A DNA stretch of 45,689 nt from assembly GCA_030587475.2 (NCBI GenBank), contig JAUQYZ020000135.1, forward strand, positions 1 to 45,689, written 5' to 3'. The translations under genes were made by a program, and so were the position numbers. Origin of the DNA: Candidatus Sigynarchaeum calidifontis (GTDB lineage Archaea; Asgardarchaeota; Lokiarchaeia; Sigyniarchaeales; Sigyniarchaeaceae). The notes under the pieces were generated by a model that did not search any database, was not told where the DNA came from, and was given only the letters and a program-made list of their open reading frames with translations. Below, in pieces: positions 19,801 through 28,735 of the stretch (position 1 is its first letter; the number at the start of each line of letters is the position of its first letter).

Positions 19801-20023
19801 ATTCGACGCCATCGACATGGTCAGCGTGCCGCGCGAGATCGAGGGGCAAATCGTGAGCGTGCTCAAGGCGCGGGTGAACGAAGTTCTTTGTAAAGGCTGC
19901 GGTACGTGCACGGGCGGTTGTCCGACGCACGCTATAGACCAAATGAACTTGAAGACCGACCAGATTTCCGGAATGATCAAGATCTTGTTTCCCGTGTTTG
20001 ATGCCACGAAAGTCGAGAATTAA
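16811..20023 (+). CDS. hdrA: Large HdrA-family protein with two FAD-binding modules (1070 aa)
   Basis: VGSGAAG and IGGGPAG motifs; QCVGSR..YCSTVCC and QCTNQR..NCSGICC; internal CQC/GACSP domain; inserted and C-terminal ferredoxins. Confidence 0.9.
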   Translation: MAKPIKKNLLPSDDLFNISDAVLVVGSGAAGIQASLDLSRLGARVILVERGKNIGGLIAKLDKTYATHDCAGINALYSIQDAWGKKCLQMQHGACGKCHMATQTYNNANVKIYQNSVVSAIDYLDEGNIRVTIEKQVLGIDEERCTNCGACYEVCPVRFDEDINWFDAGLGTRRAVNTPFPGAVPPTHSIEHDRCIYVQNGLCGKCKDICPTNAVTFEFKKELHEFTVGAIIFATGANQAHPFDYDKFLGHHPDVLNGLQYERLASENGPTKGNIIKLSNHKPAKRIAFVQCVGSRNTRPGGMPYCSTVCCMYAIKEADMAKEKDPSCETYIFNVENRAYLKGFHEYYLRAKRDHGVKFIQGRVASVRKDIKTDDLIVEYEDVEAGEIKSMPVDLVVLSTALIPNVDGISRILGVPLNKYHYFDKPVLEDLEHKGIYFAGFCMHPMDIPSSVITADAAVAKVSRRLFHALKAKQQEPGEVVDEIKLYGTPRIGVLACQCDKESARVLNNEAIISAIRNIPGVVAVEASVFDTCTESRSFLAKMIKEHRLNRVVVGACSPRTYGSIFTEAVKEAKLDPNLLEMVNIREQAAWVHQNEPEAATKKVIDLLAMGVAKNRELTYQENKKVPMTKAVLVIGGGPAGIVAADNIASQDIKVYLVERENKLGGATNKISRKFLFDDEQVIIDKIEAIVARFPKNKNIEVLTKSRVVGVSGFVGNFQVRIDAAGVEKNVRVGCIIVATGASQDPNYANVVQGKSDRVFNQEQFEQLLIKGDLQGMKKFAFIQCTNQRADGNIKPEFKNCSGICCKITLKQAIKIKDLVPDAEIHIIQRGMQLSGEVYYEDIHHQVQSFAAIERYSPEQYPKIIAAGDKVRVSFRERNVGEQLDLDLDAVILATPYRSAPGTQELGALLKVPVMQAGFFLEAHVKFRPNDFVVDGMFLAGDAHWPKTMIDAVSHGLASAARASAFLTRGYVEIEGTVASVDENACIGCKKCQDACPFDAIDMVSVPREIEGQIVSVLKARVNEVLCKGCGTCTGGCPTHAIDQMNLKTDQISGMIKILFPVFDATKVEN

Positions 20024-20034
20024 GGGGATAACAA

Positions 20035-20457
20035 ATGGGCAAAAATCAATATAAACCGAAGATATTGGCATTTTGCTGCAATTGGTGCTCGTACGCGGGC
20101 ATCGACGTCGCGGGGCTCACGCGCGCCCAGTACCCCGCGTCGATACGGTTGGTCAAGGTCATGTGCATCGGCAGGATCCATCCGGATCTCGTGCTCGAAG
20201 CATTCGCCCGGGGGGCAGATGGCGTCCTCGTCGTTGGCTGCAACGTCGGTGATTGCCATTACTTGCACGGTAATCAATTGGCGACCGAACGAATGGCGGA
20301 GATGGGTAATCTGCTTGAAGGCATTGGTCTCGATCACCGGCGCATCAAGATCGGGTATATCTTCGCTTACGAGGGCAAGAAATTTTCCGAACTCGTGACC
20401 GAATTTACCGACGGGATTTCTGCCCTTGGACCGAACGTGATCAAGGTCGCCACGTGA
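20035..20457 (+). CDS. mvhD: MvhD/VhuD/FlpD [2Fe-2S] adaptor subunit
   Basis: FCCNWCSYAG, VMCIGR, GADGVLVVGC..GDCHY..GN. Confidence 0.93.
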   Translation: MGKNQYKPKILAFCCNWCSYAGIDVAGLTRAQYPASIRLVKVMCIGRIHPDLVLEAFARGADGVLVVGCNVGDCHYLHGNQLATERMAEMGNLLEGIGLDHRRIKIGYIFAYEGKKFSELVTEFTDGISALGPNVIKVAT

Positions 20458-20614
20458 AACCCTTCTGATCCATGCTCGATATTTTTAATAAATCTGGACT
20501 TGAATGTTTTTATTGAACATGAAATTGTAAAGCATAGCACGAAAGCGTACAAAAAACCAGCTCTTCGTACTCCTTTCACGATCCACGAATTCACGAACAA
20601 TCATCGCGAGGAAC

Positions 20615-23600
20615 ATGTCGGCTAAACCTGGCAGCAACGTGCCGAAGTCTGGCGAGGTCCTGGTCGTGGGAATGGGCGTCGCGGGCATTCAAGCGAGCCT
20701 TGACCTGACACGCCTTGGATTCCACGTCACCGCAGTTGAAAAGGGGAAAACCATCGGAGGAATAATGGCCCAGCTCGATAAGACTTTCCCCACGAACGAT
20801 TGTTCACTTTGTATTCTGGCTCCAAAAATGGTCGAAGTATATCGCGATCCGAACATCACGCTTTACCAAAATACCGACATCAAGAAGATTGAATATCTGC
20901 CGGATGGAAACATAAAAGTATTTCTCGAAAAACAGAACATGGGCATTAACGAGGCAGCGTGCAAGAACTGCGGCGAATGTAACAAGGTATGCCCCATCCA
21001 ATACGACGAGCCCATCACGTGGTTCGACGCTGGCCTCGCGCGCCGCAAGGCGGTCAACATCCCGTTTCCATCCGCGGTTCCCCCCGTGTATGCCATCGAG
21101 AAAAACCGGTGTTTAAAAGCCAAGCACAACGCGTGTGGCAAATGCCAGGCCGCTTGCCCATCCAACGCAATCACCTATGATTTCAGCGTTCAAACAATCG
21201 AGCTCGTCGTCGGCGGCATCATCTTCGCGACCGGTTGCACGCCCATGGAACCCAAGCGATTCCCGCGGTTCCTCGGTGGCCACCCCGACGTTCTCAGCAG
21301 CATCCAGTTCGAGCGGCTCATGTGCGCGAGCGGGCCGACCGGCGGCGAGATCATCAAGCGCTCCAACAAGAAGCACGCGAACCGCATCGCATTCATCCAG
21401 TGCGTCGGCTCCCGCTCGAAACGCCCCGGCGAGCTCGAGTATTGCTCGTCGGTCTGCTGCATGTACGCGATGAAGGAGGCGCAAATTACCAAGGAACACG
21501 ATCCCCACGTCGAGTGTTACATCTTCAATCCCGAGAACAGGGCCTGTGCCAAGGGCTTCCACGAGTATTTTTTGCGGTCCAGGAATGAATACGGGGTAAA
21601 ATTCATGCCTGGCCGCGTGTCCCGTGTTCATGATTTCAAGGATTCACCAGATCTTGCCGTGGAATTCGAAGACGACATCACCGGCGAGCCCGCCGAGCTG
21701 CGCGTCGACCTGGTCATCCTCGCAACGGGACTCGTCCCGAACACGCAAGATGTCTCGAAAGTGCTCGGCATCGGCTTGAACAAGTACGGGTATTTTGACA
21801 CCCCGGTCATCGAGGACCTCGAATCGAAGGGGATCTATCTCGCCGGTTATGACATCAAGCCCATGGACATCCCGCTATCGGTCGTGTCCGGCAGCGCGGC
21901 AGCGGCGAAGGTCTCGCGGCGTTTACACGCTGCCCGGTTTTCACGCATTGTCACGCCGAAACTACCCAAGGAAAAAAAGGTGACAAGCGCGGACGAACCG
22001 CGGATCGGCGTGATGGTATGCCACTGCGGTATCAACATCGGGCGCACGATCGACTGCGAGCGCGTGGCCAAGGAGATCGCTAAAGTGCCCAACGTCGTCG
22101 TGGCTGATCACAACAATTACACGTGTAGCTCCGATTCGCAAGTCACGATCAAGAACATGATAACCGAGCATAACTTGAACCGGTTCATCGTGGCATCATG
22201 TACGCCGAGGACACACGAGGCGTTGTTCCGTGGCACGCTGCAAGAAGCGGGCCTGAACCCGTACTTGTTCGACCTCGTCAACATCCGGGAACACGCGTCG
22301 TGGGTGCACATGACCGAGCCACAAGCCGCGACGGAGAAGGCCATCGAGCTCATCAAGATGAGCATCGGCAAGGTACGGGAACTCGGTCCCCAGCAGAAAA
22401 AACAAATAAAAATAACCAAGTCCGTGCTCGTCATCGGTGGCGGCCCAGCGGGATTGTTCGCTGCGGATAACCTGGCAAATCAAGAATTTGACGTGTTTCT
22501 CGTCGAGAAGGAAGCCATGCTTGGCGGGGCGACCAGGACGTTCACCCGCAAGTTGCTGCTCCCCGACGAGAGGCTCGCGATCAACCGCATGGAAGGGATA
22601 ATTCAGCAACTTGGAGGAAATCCACGCGTGCGGATCTTCTTGAATTCACGCGTGGTGGACGTGTCCGGCTTCGTTGGCAATTACAAGGTCAAGATCGCGC
22701 ATGACGGCAAGATTGAAGAGGTCGACATCGGCGGCATCATCGTCGCCACCGGCGTGGCCCAGGATCCGAATGTCGCCATCGCGACGAGGGCTTCTTCCCC
22801 GCGCATCTTCACGCAAGAGCAATTCGAGCACGTGTTGGACGAAGGCAAGCTCGATGGCATCAAGCGCGTCGGGTTCATCCAATGTTCAGGCCAGCGCCAC
22901 GATGGAAGCATAACTTCCGATTTTCCGAACTGTTCCGGGATCTGCTGCAAGATCACGCTCAAGCAAGCGAAGCTCATGCGGCAGCTCGAGCCCGACGCGA
23001 GCATCTATATAATGCAACGTGGGATGAATCTCAGCGGGGACGTGGAGAATGAGGCTCTCTTCCAGGATGTGCAGCGATATGCTGGCGTGGCACGGTATGA
23101 TCCTTCAGAATACCCTGATATCAAGGTGGTAGGGAAGGAATTGCATGTTACATTCAAGGAGCGGAATTCGAGCGAGCAGCTCGACTTGGCCCTCGATGCG
23201 GTCGTGCTGGCCACCCCGTACAAGTCGGCAGCCGGCACGAAGGACCTCGCCATGCAGCTCAAGGTGCCCGTGACCCAGGATGGTTTCATGCTCGAGGCAC
23301 ACGTGAAACTGCGCCCCGTGGACTTCGCAACCGAGGGTATCTTTGTTGCCGGCGGGGCACAATGGCCCAAAGCCTTGGAAGATGCCATTTTACAAGGTAT
23401 CGCCGCTTCAGGCAGAGCAATTGGCTTGCTCGCAAAGGGATTTGTCGAAGCCGAAGGAATCACTGCAGAAGTCGACGAGTCCATGTGTATCGGGTGTCGG
23501 AAATGCGAGTCGGTATGCCCGTACAAGGCCATCGAGATGGTACCACGTGAATCCATCATCGACATGGAACGCGTGACGGTCTATAAAGCCCACGTGATCG

Positions 23601-23785
23601 ATGCAATGTGCAAGGGTTGCGGCACGTGCGCGGCCAACTGCCCGACAAAGGCAATAGACCAGCGTCACTTCAAGAATTCCCAGGTCTTGAGCATGATCAA
23701 GGCGCTATTCGATAACGACGAAGCATGCGAGTGCTGCGCGCAGCAACCCGTTCCCGCGAACGGCAATGGAGGCGATTCTTCTTGA
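20615..23785 (+). CDS. hdrA: Large HdrA-family protein with two FAD-binding modules (1056 aa), paralogue of 16811..20023
   Basis: VGMGVAG, FPTNDCSLCILAP, QCVGSR..YCSSVCC, CHCGINI, ASCTP, IGGGPAG, NCSGICC, C-terminal ferredoxin, CECC tail. Confidence 0.92.
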   Translation: MSAKPGSNVPKSGEVLVVGMGVAGIQASLDLTRLGFHVTAVEKGKTIGGIMAQLDKTFPTNDCSLCILAPKMVEVYRDPNITLYQNTDIKKIEYLPDGNIKVFLEKQNMGINEAACKNCGECNKVCPIQYDEPITWFDAGLARRKAVNIPFPSAVPPVYAIEKNRCLKAKHNACGKCQAACPSNAITYDFSVQTIELVVGGIIFATGCTPMEPKRFPRFLGGHPDVLSSIQFERLMCASGPTGGEIIKRSNKKHANRIAFIQCVGSRSKRPGELEYCSSVCCMYAMKEAQITKEHDPHVECYIFNPENRACAKGFHEYFLRSRNEYGVKFMPGRVSRVHDFKDSPDLAVEFEDDITGEPAELRVDLVILATGLVPNTQDVSKVLGIGLNKYGYFDTPVIEDLESKGIYLAGYDIKPMDIPLSVVSGSAAAAKVSRRLHAARFSRIVTPKLPKEKKVTSADEPRIGVMVCHCGINIGRTIDCERVAKEIAKVPNVVVADHNNYTCSSDSQVTIKNMITEHNLNRFIVASCTPRTHEALFRGTLQEAGLNPYLFDLVNIREHASWVHMTEPQAATEKAIELIKMSIGKVRELGPQQKKQIKITKSVLVIGGGPAGLFAADNLANQEFDVFLVEKEAMLGGATRTFTRKLLLPDERLAINRMEGIIQQLGGNPRVRIFLNSRVVDVSGFVGNYKVKIAHDGKIEEVDIGGIIVATGVAQDPNVAIATRASSPRIFTQEQFEHVLDEGKLDGIKRVGFIQCSGQRHDGSITSDFPNCSGICCKITLKQAKLMRQLEPDASIYIMQRGMNLSGDVENEALFQDVQRYAGVARYDPSEYPDIKVVGKELHVTFKERNSSEQLDLALDAVVLATPYKSAAGTKDLAMQLKVPVTQDGFMLEAHVKLRPVDFATEGIFVAGGAQWPKALEDAILQGIAASGRAIGLLAKGFVEAEGITAEVDESMCIGCRKCESVCPYKAIEMVPRESIIDMERVTVYKAHVIDAMCKGCGTCAANCPTKAIDQRHFKNSQVLSMIKALFDNDEACECCAQQPVPANGNGGDSS

Positions 23786-24273
23786 ATGCAAAGGCCGCGA
23801 CGACGGTGGATCATGGCACGGACAAGCGAGTCGTGAACGAGAACAAGAATGGATGCCCCCCGACTGAATGGCAGCCGAAAATCCTCACCTTCGCGTGTAA
23901 CTGGTGTTCTTATGCCGGGGCGGATCTCGCCGGGGTATCTCGGTTCCAGTATCCCCCGTCGATCCGCATCTTGCGCGTCATGTGCAGCGGACGCGTCCAT
24001 CCGGACATGGTTCTCGAAGCTTTCGGACACGGTGCGGACGCAGTACTCGTTACAGGCTGTCATATTGGAGATTGCCATTATATCTCCGGAAATCAATACA
24101 CCAAAAGCCGGATGGCCCTGGTTCCCCAAATGCTCGAGGCGATAGGTGTGGATCCCCGGCGTTTCAAGCTGGATTGGGTCTCGGCATCGGAAGGAAAGAA
24201 ATTTTCCGAGCTCATCAAGTCTTTCACAGCACAAATCAAGGAACTCGGCCCGCTGAAGATGAAAATTGCTTGA
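23782..24273 (+). CDS. mvhD: MvhD/VhuD/FlpD [2Fe-2S] adaptor subunit, second copy (start uncertain: TTG 23782, GTG 23806 or GTG 23833)
   Basis: FACNWCSYAGAD, VMCSGR, GCHIGDCHY, WVSASEG. Confidence 0.92.
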   Translation: MNAKAATTVDHGTDKRVVNENKNGCPPTEWQPKILTFACNWCSYAGADLAGVSRFQYPPSIRILRVMCSGRVHPDMVLEAFGHGADAVLVTGCHIGDCHYISGNQYTKSRMALVPQMLEAIGVDPRRFKLDWVSASEGKKFSELIKSFTAQIKELGPLKMKIA

Positions 24274-24291
24274 TCCTTGTTTTTGGATTAA

Positions 24292-24468
24292 AAAAAGGTC
24301 ATCGTGGTTATCAATAGCCGGGAGATCGCGGCAACCGTGAGAACAAACCCGCTGGTGTTCGTGTTCGAGCACACGACCGTGAACCCTTATTTGGCCCCGA
24401 TATTCGAGATAGTCGTGATCCAGTTCATGATCTTGAAGCTCGCACGGAAGATGGACATGACCGCGTGA
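24292..24468 (+). pseudogene. C-terminal remnant of a SIS-domain (GlmS/FrlB-like) sugar-phosphate protein
   Basis: Unlisted frame KKVIVVINSREIAATVRTNPLVFVFEHTTVNPYLAPIFEIVVIQFMILKLARKMDMTA*, resembling the SIS C-terminal L.P....P.Q.LA..LA helix; in-frame TAA at 24289 directly upstream. Confidence 0.5.
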
Positions 24469-24507
24469 TCGATGCGTTCAAGTAGGAAAAACACGTAGGA
24501 CGGATTG

Positions 24508-25194
24508 ATGACTGCCCCCACCGCCGAAAAAAAGCATCGAATCCCGCGCGCCTTCCAGCTCGATGGCCATCGATCCCGGTTCGCCTACTTCTTTCTCGCG
24601 CTCGTCGTGGTGCTTGCCATGCGCATGCTCGAGAACACCATGCACGAATACGCGCACGTCGTATTCGTATTGTTGTCCGGGGGCGAGGTCGTGGGCTTGC
24701 CTCTGGTCACCCCCTTCGGCGGCTTCACCAGGTGGCGTGGCGACACGGTACCCGTGGCGTGGCTCCCCGCCGTCAACATCGCCGGGACCCTGGTATCCGT
24801 GGTCGTTTTGCTCGCCATCTTCTTGCCGGTTTATTTTAAGGCCAAGCAGCCGTGGATGCGATGGTTTGCATACTGGGGCGCGTGCATCGTTCCTGTAAAT
24901 TCATTATTCTATTGGTTTATGGCTCCGTTCATCGCGACCGCGCAGCATTACGATCCGATCGCGTTCGCTGCTAATGTCGGGATCTCTCCCCCTTGGATCG
25001 TCGGCGTCATCGCCGCGGTTCCTTTTTCCATCGCGGCATGGTGGATGGTGAAGGGCACCCGCTCAATACGCTCCGGCATCTTGCTGGATCCGCATCGATT
25101 CCACGTGTTTTGCCTGGTCTTGTATTACATCATCTCGATCGGCTTTCCCGTCGTTTCCTACTTGAACTTGCTCGACCGGTTCGCGTTCTGGTAG
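24508..25194 (+). CDS. Membrane HExxH metallopeptidase-like protein (M50-like), copy 1
   Basis: MHEYAH within a TM region, GGFT, NIAG, distal YDP; ~6 TM. Confidence 0.75.
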   Translation: MTAPTAEKKHRIPRAFQLDGHRSRFAYFFLALVVVLAMRMLENTMHEYAHVVFVLLSGGEVVGLPLVTPFGGFTRWRGDTVPVAWLPAVNIAGTLVSVVVLLAIFLPVYFKAKQPWMRWFAYWGACIVPVNSLFYWFMAPFIATAQHYDPIAFAANVGISPPWIVGVIAAVPFSIAAWWMVKGTRSIRSGILLDPHRFHVFCLVLYYIISIGFPVVSYLNLLDRFAFW

Positions 25195-25264
25195 GGGACC
25201 CGTGGCAAGATATGCCGTGCATGTTCCGCTGCTTGATAGGATGCGATAAGGATCCTCCCACCAA

Positions 25265-25957
25265 ATGACCCTTTCCCTCGTGAAGCGACCGAGAGAGAAT
25301 GTCCAGGCCGGCCTATTTTGTCTCGCAGATGCCCGCTCGAAGTTTTACTACACCTTGCTCTCCATTGCCGTGGTACTCGGCGCGCGCATGATCGAGAACG
25401 CGATGCACGAGTACGCGCACGCGGCGGTCGTGTTGCTCTCCGGTGGCGAAGTCGTCGGGCTCCCAGTGGTCACGCCGTTCGGTGGCTTCACGCGGTGGAA
25501 CGACGTGCCAGCGTCCTGGCTAGCCGCGGTCAACGTCGCGGGCACGGCGGCATCGGCTGCGGCGATGCTTGCCATCTTCCTGCCGCTTTACATCAAGGCC
25601 AAACAACCGTTGGCCCGCTGGATCGGCTATTGGGGCGCATGCGTGTTACCGGTAAACATGATTTCATATTGGGTATTAACACCCTTTCTCGCCAGCGCGC
25701 AGCGATATGACCCGGTCGCGTTCGCAACCAACGCGGCAATTGTTCCCCCGTGGATCGTCGGCATCATCGCGGCCGTGCCGTTCGCCATCTCGGTTTGGTG
25801 GATGGTGAAGGCCACGCGCGATTTGCAGGCCCGGGACCTCGCCGATCCACGCCATTTCCACGCGATCTGCCTGGTGATCTATTATATCATCTCGTTAGGC
25901 ATCCCGGTCGTTTCTTACGCGGGCTTGCTCAACGAGCGGTATTTCTGGGGATGGTAA
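25265..25957 (+). CDS. Membrane HExxH metallopeptidase-like protein (M50-like), copy 2
   Basis: Colinear paralogue of 24508..25194 with the same motifs. Confidence 0.75.
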   Translation: MTLSLVKRPRENVQAGLFCLADARSKFYYTLLSIAVVLGARMIENAMHEYAHAAVVLLSGGEVVGLPVVTPFGGFTRWNDVPASWLAAVNVAGTAASAAAMLAIFLPLYIKAKQPLARWIGYWGACVLPVNMISYWVLTPFLASAQRYDPVAFATNAAIVPPWIVGIIAAVPFAISVWWMVKATRDLQARDLADPRHFHAICLVIYYIISLGIPVVSYAGLLNERYFWGW

Positions 25958-26039
25958 GCTAGAGGTTTTAACCGCCACGGTCGATAGGACATCACGTGCC
26001 GTGGTCTGCTGCACCACGGCCCGCGAGCGCGTGAAGGCC

Positions 26040-28691
26040 ATGGCGCACACGTTCACGATAACGAATCTCGAACCGGGAAAAGGCTCATGGACAAGAAAGC
26101 CGGCGCACCTTGTCCCCGTCCCGAGGTTCATCGACATTCAGGGCGGCTCTTTCACGATAGGAAGCGTGCTCGATGTCGAGTCTTCCTTGCCCCCCGAATA
26201 CCGGTACCTCCACGAGCTCGTGTCGGAGGAGCTCGGCAAGCGGCTTGCCTGCGGCATCAAGGCCGGCGCGCACGTGCATGTCGCGGTGCCGGACTCCGTG
26301 GCGATTCCCTCCTCGATAAATGGCAAAATACCCCCCGAACAGCACTACCATTTTATCCGGGAGGGATATTTCATGGATATCTCTGGCGGGAAGGCATCGA
26401 TCGTCGCGGAAACCCCGCGGGGGATATTTTACGGCATCACGACGCTGGTCCAGCTGGCTGGCACCGCCGGGGTTTTGCCCGCTTGCCGTGTACTGGATTG
26501 GCCGAGCATGGAGATCCGCGGCGTTTCTGACGAGAACGCGCGTGGCCAGGCTGGCAGCATCGAGGGCTTGAAGCGATATTGCCGATACATCGCGATGCTC
26601 AAGATGAACACGTTCCAGATGAACCTGGAGGACATGTTCCGCAGCGCCAGGCATCCCAAGTCGTCCGACGAGGCGCGTGGGTGCTATTCCAGGGAAGAAA
26701 TGCGAGAACTTTCCGATTACGCGGCTCGATACTTCGTCGAGGTCACTCCGATCCAAACGACTTGCGGGCATCTGGATAACCTGTTTTATTTACCCGAATA
26801 CAAGCACCTCGCCGAGTTCGAGAACGTGGCCATGTGCTTCGACATCTCCAACCCGCGGATCTACGATTATATAAAAGACATCGTGGAAGAGGAAGTAGAC
26901 TCGTGGTATCTCAGTCCCTCCTTCCACATGGCTTGCGACGAGAGCTGGGACGTGGGGAAGGGTCGCTCGCAGCCGTTCGTGGTAAAGAAGGGCATCGGCA
27001 AGGCATACCTCGATCATTACACCCGCTGCTACGAGATCATCAAGAACGCGCTGGAAGCGAGGCACGGCAAGGGAAAATACCGGATTTACCTGTATCACGA
27101 CATCATGATCCACCACGAGGCCGTGCTCAAGGGGCTGCCGCGAAAGAACATGGTCATCGATGTCTGGCGATATTCCCCGGCCGAGAAATACAAGGAAATA
27201 GATACGATCCTGGAGAACGGCTTCGAATTCATCGTTTCCGGATCGGTCATGGATTTCCAGCGCATTGCTCCCAGCTATGCTCTTGCCGAGAAAAACATCA
27301 TCAACATCACGAAATATGGCTTCTTGAAAGCCCGGGGGGCCGGCACTCCCCACCTTTTCAAGGGGCACGTCGTGACCACATGGGGTGATTTCCGCTCGGA
27401 AAACCCGCGGGACTTGCGCATGCCTGGCTATGCCTTGTGCGCGTCGGTCGCGTGGAACATCGAACCGTGGCTTGGCTTCACGAACAAGCAATACACGACC
27501 TACCCGGCCTTGCTCGATTTTAAACAAGGGTTCTACCGGGCAGCGTTCGGCATCGAAGACGATCTAGCCGCAAAGGCTGCCCAGCTCGACCACATATTGC
27601 ACTCCATCGAGGAAGGAAAGGATTTCAAACCATGGCTGGGATATCAACTCGTTTTCCCGAAGCTATGGGCCCACCCGCTCCAGCCGTTGAAAGCAGAAAA
27701 GGCCAGGGGATATCCCGCGGCCATCGAGCGATTCTTGAAGGGCATCGAGATTTGCAAGGAATTAAAAACCGCTTGCCAGGACCACGCCTTTTATTTCGAC
27801 GCAGTTACCCTTGCATTGCGCCTCCACGTGTTGTACTGCAAGAAGGTGCTCCTCGGCAAGATGCTCAAGGGAAAGCACCCGTCCCGCCTCAAGGGAAAGG
27901 CCAAGGAGCGATTACTCTGGCACGTTAGCGAGATCGTGAAGTATTTCTCCGAGATCAAGCAAGAGTACCGTGCCGTATGGGAATACAATAGCAAGCCGGT
28001 CGGTCACGGTTTCTTGCTCGGGCAATACGACGCCATGGTCCGAGCTTACGAGGGGATAAAAACGGCCATCGAACAAGGGATCGTGTATCCCGCCGCTTGC
28101 ATTCCTGCCGAGTACATCTATATACCTGCCCAAGCTCCGATCGACGTGCCCGTCCGGTTCACGAAATCATTCGTGATCGACAAGGAGCCCGTGGCCGCGC
28201 ACGTGCAAGTCTTCGCGGTCAACCACGCGTCCATCACGATCAACGGTCAGTCGGTCGGGTGGGTGCAGTACCGTCCCACGTTGTCTTACATGATCCTCGA
28301 TAACTGCGTGAAGGCTTGGGACGTCACGGGCCTCGTCAAGAAAGGGCAGAACCGCGTCGACATCGACATCACGAACAACACGCGCAGCTGGTGCCTTCTA
28401 AACTTTTACCTCGTGATTGCTTTCTCGGACAGCACGACCGGGCTCGTGATCTCGGACAAGTCGTGGACGTGCGACATCGGCGCGGGCGTCGAGCACGGTC
28501 CCGTGCCCGTGAAGTCGCTCGGCCCGCCGCCGGCCGTCATTGGCTGCTTGACCGTGCCAGATCTCCCCAGCGGCCAGCGCTCGCATTTCACGCGCATGCT
28601 CGGCGTGGCCGTGGAAGCAGTGCCCCGCGTTCCCCGTTGGTTACTACCCGTCCTCGTCGCGATCGCGAAGGCCACGAAAATGGTCGCTTGA
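26040..28691 (+). CDS. GH20 family beta-N-acetylhexosaminidase-like protein with C-terminal beta-sandwich domain
   Basis: EGY...RGIFYGITTLVQL, DWPSMEIRG, catalytic HMACDE, TTWGD. Confidence 0.85.
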   Translation: MAHTFTITNLEPGKGSWTRKPAHLVPVPRFIDIQGGSFTIGSVLDVESSLPPEYRYLHELVSEELGKRLACGIKAGAHVHVAVPDSVAIPSSINGKIPPEQHYHFIREGYFMDISGGKASIVAETPRGIFYGITTLVQLAGTAGVLPACRVLDWPSMEIRGVSDENARGQAGSIEGLKRYCRYIAMLKMNTFQMNLEDMFRSARHPKSSDEARGCYSREEMRELSDYAARYFVEVTPIQTTCGHLDNLFYLPEYKHLAEFENVAMCFDISNPRIYDYIKDIVEEEVDSWYLSPSFHMACDESWDVGKGRSQPFVVKKGIGKAYLDHYTRCYEIIKNALEARHGKGKYRIYLYHDIMIHHEAVLKGLPRKNMVIDVWRYSPAEKYKEIDTILENGFEFIVSGSVMDFQRIAPSYALAEKNIINITKYGFLKARGAGTPHLFKGHVVTTWGDFRSENPRDLRMPGYALCASVAWNIEPWLGFTNKQYTTYPALLDFKQGFYRAAFGIEDDLAAKAAQLDHILHSIEEGKDFKPWLGYQLVFPKLWAHPLQPLKAEKARGYPAAIERFLKGIEICKELKTACQDHAFYFDAVTLALRLHVLYCKKVLLGKMLKGKHPSRLKGKAKERLLWHVSEIVKYFSEIKQEYRAVWEYNSKPVGHGFLLGQYDAMVRAYEGIKTAIEQGIVYPAACIPAEYIYIPAQAPIDVPVRFTKSFVIDKEPVAAHVQVFAVNHASITINGQSVGWVQYRPTLSYMILDNCVKAWDVTGLVKKGQNRVDIDITNNTRSWCLLNFYLVIAFSDSTTGLVISDKSWTCDIGAGVEHGPVPVKSLGPPPAVIGCLTVPDLPSGQRSHFTRMLGVAVEAVPRVPRWLLPVLVAIAKATKMVA

Positions 28692-28735
28692 AAACTGCTG
28701 CATTTCCTTGTTTTTTATTTATAAGACTCGCATTT

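Noticed and set aside
20035-24273. Selenocysteine in the MvhD/VhuD copies or the large HdrAs
   Set aside because: All relevant positions are Cys codons, there is no internal in-frame UGA, and I saw no SECIS-like fold downstream
12219-24273. Evidence for methanogenesis
   Set aside because: No mcr or mtr in the window; the HdrB-like domain is half-degenerate; Hdr-like complexes are widespread in non-methanogens
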